Below, one piece after another: positions 1-418 of a DNA stretch of 418 nucleotides. Within the stretch, counting starts at the first letter, position 1; each line of letters starts with the position of its first letter. A program made the translations under genes and the position numbers. Under the pieces are notes generated by a model. The model made no database searches. It saw only the letters and a list, made by a program, of their open reading frames with translations, and had not been told where the DNA came from. Source of the DNA: Escherichia coli (GTDB taxonomy: Bacteria > Pseudomonadota > Gammaproteobacteria > Enterobacterales > Enterobacteriaceae); assembly GCF_003334405.1 (NCBI RefSeq), contig NZ_QOWM01000066.1. One strand, written 5' to 3'.

Positions 1-30
1 ATACATGATCAAATACTCCTTACATAAATA

Positions 31-36
31 AGGTGA
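31..36 (+). promoter_or_regulatory. Shine-Dalgarno ribosome-binding site (AGGTGA) for the transposase start codon
   Basis: AGGTGA at 31-36 is followed by a 4-nt spacer (ACAA) and the ATG at 41-43, which is the start of the conserved MELKKL... N-terminus. Confidence 0.55.
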
Positions 37-40
37 ACAA

Positions 41-418
41 ATGGAACTTAAAAAATTGATGGAACATATTTCTATTATTCCCGATTACAGATAAGCCTGG
101 AAAGTAGAGCATAAATTGTCAGGCATCCTACTATTGACTATTTTTGCCGTTATTTCTGGTGCAGAAAGTTGGGAAGATATAGAGGATTTCGGGGAAACAC
201 ATCTCGATTTCTTGAAGCAATATGGTGATTTTGAAAATGGTATTCCTGTTCACGATACTATTGCCAGAGTTGTATCCTGTATCAGTCCTGCAAAATTTCA
301 CGAGTGCTTTATTAACTGGATGCGTGATTGCCATTCATCAAATGATAAAGACGTCATTGCAATTGATGGAAAAACGCTCCGGCACTCTTATGACAAGAGT
401 CGCCGCAGGGGAGCGATT
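41..418 (+). pseudogene. ISAs1-family transposase (H repeat-associated protein), N-terminal 125 codons, interrupted by an in-frame TAA at 92-94; 3' end lies beyond the window
   Basis: ATG at 41 with upstream SD. Frame 2 translates to MELKKLMEHISIIPDYR then TAA (92-94), then continues with no further stop through 418: [108 protein letters not shown]. Similarity to the family continues on both sides of the stop in the same frame, so this is a nonsense interruption and not a frameshift. After the stop the first in-frame ATG is at 320, which probably explains why the ORF track did not report this frame. If the TAA is a sequencing error this would be an intact CDS. Confidence 0.7.

Larger units (their letters stand above)
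1..418 (+). mobile_element. Partial ISAs1-family insertion sequence (H-repeat-like), 5' portion: leader plus N-terminal part of the transposase gene; element boundaries not determinable in this window
   Basis: The encoded protein in + frame 2 matches, from memory, the N-terminus of H-repeat-associated ISAs1-family transposases (MELKKLMEHISIIPDY..., ...[32 protein letters not shown]..., ...[22 protein letters not shown]). GC is about 38% by manual count (159/418). The left inverted repeat and target-site duplication cannot be identified without the other end of the element. Confidence 0.7.

Noticed and set aside
20-30. Candidate sigma-70 -10 element (TACATAAATA region) for the transposase promoter
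   Set aside because: The matches to TATAAT are only 3-4 of 6, there is no appropriately spaced -35, and it sits immediately next to the SD. This is too weak to call as a feature from sequence alone.
92-94. Programmed recoding (stop-codon readthrough or frameshift) at the TAA
   Set aside because: ISAs1-family transposases are not known to use programmed frameshifting or readthrough. Similarity continues in the same frame with no slippery heptamer or downstream structure evident, so a simple nonsense mutation or sequencing error is the more economical explanation.
131-334. Minus-strand 67-aa ORF from the supplied track ([67 protein letters not shown])
   Set aside because: It lies entirely antisense to the conserved transposase frame, has no recognisable motifs and no evident RBS context, and is short. 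It is most likely a shadow ORF from the opposite-strand coding constraint and not a real gene.
1-418. CRISPR repeats, tRNA/ncRNA genes, or intrinsic terminators
   Set aside because: No direct repeats at regular spacing, no cloverleaf-compatible segments, and no GC-rich hairpin followed by a T-tract were seen; the window is essentially all transposase leader and coding sequence.

Overview
This 418-bp window is the 5' end of an ISAs1-family insertion sequence (the H-repeat / H-rpt type found next to Rhs elements in enterobacteria). A Shine-Dalgarno motif (AGGTGA, 31-36) precedes an ATG at 41 that opens the transposase reading frame (+ strand, frame 2), which runs to the window edge at 418 and clearly continues beyond it. 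The translation is [125 protein letters not shown], which I recognise as the N-terminus of the H-repeat-associated transposase family (YhhI/YdcC-like). The frame is broken by an in-frame TAA at 92-94 (codon 18), where intact homologues, as I recall them, have Gln, so the best call is a nonsense-interrupted transposase pseudogene unless the stop is a sequencing error. The only ORF in the supplied track (131..334, minus strand, 67 aa) is antisense to this conserved frame and is most likely a shadow ORF. GC content is about 38% by manual count. I see no CRISPR repeats, RNA genes or other structured elements, and no evidence in this window for a novel biological system; the content is a known mobile-element type.
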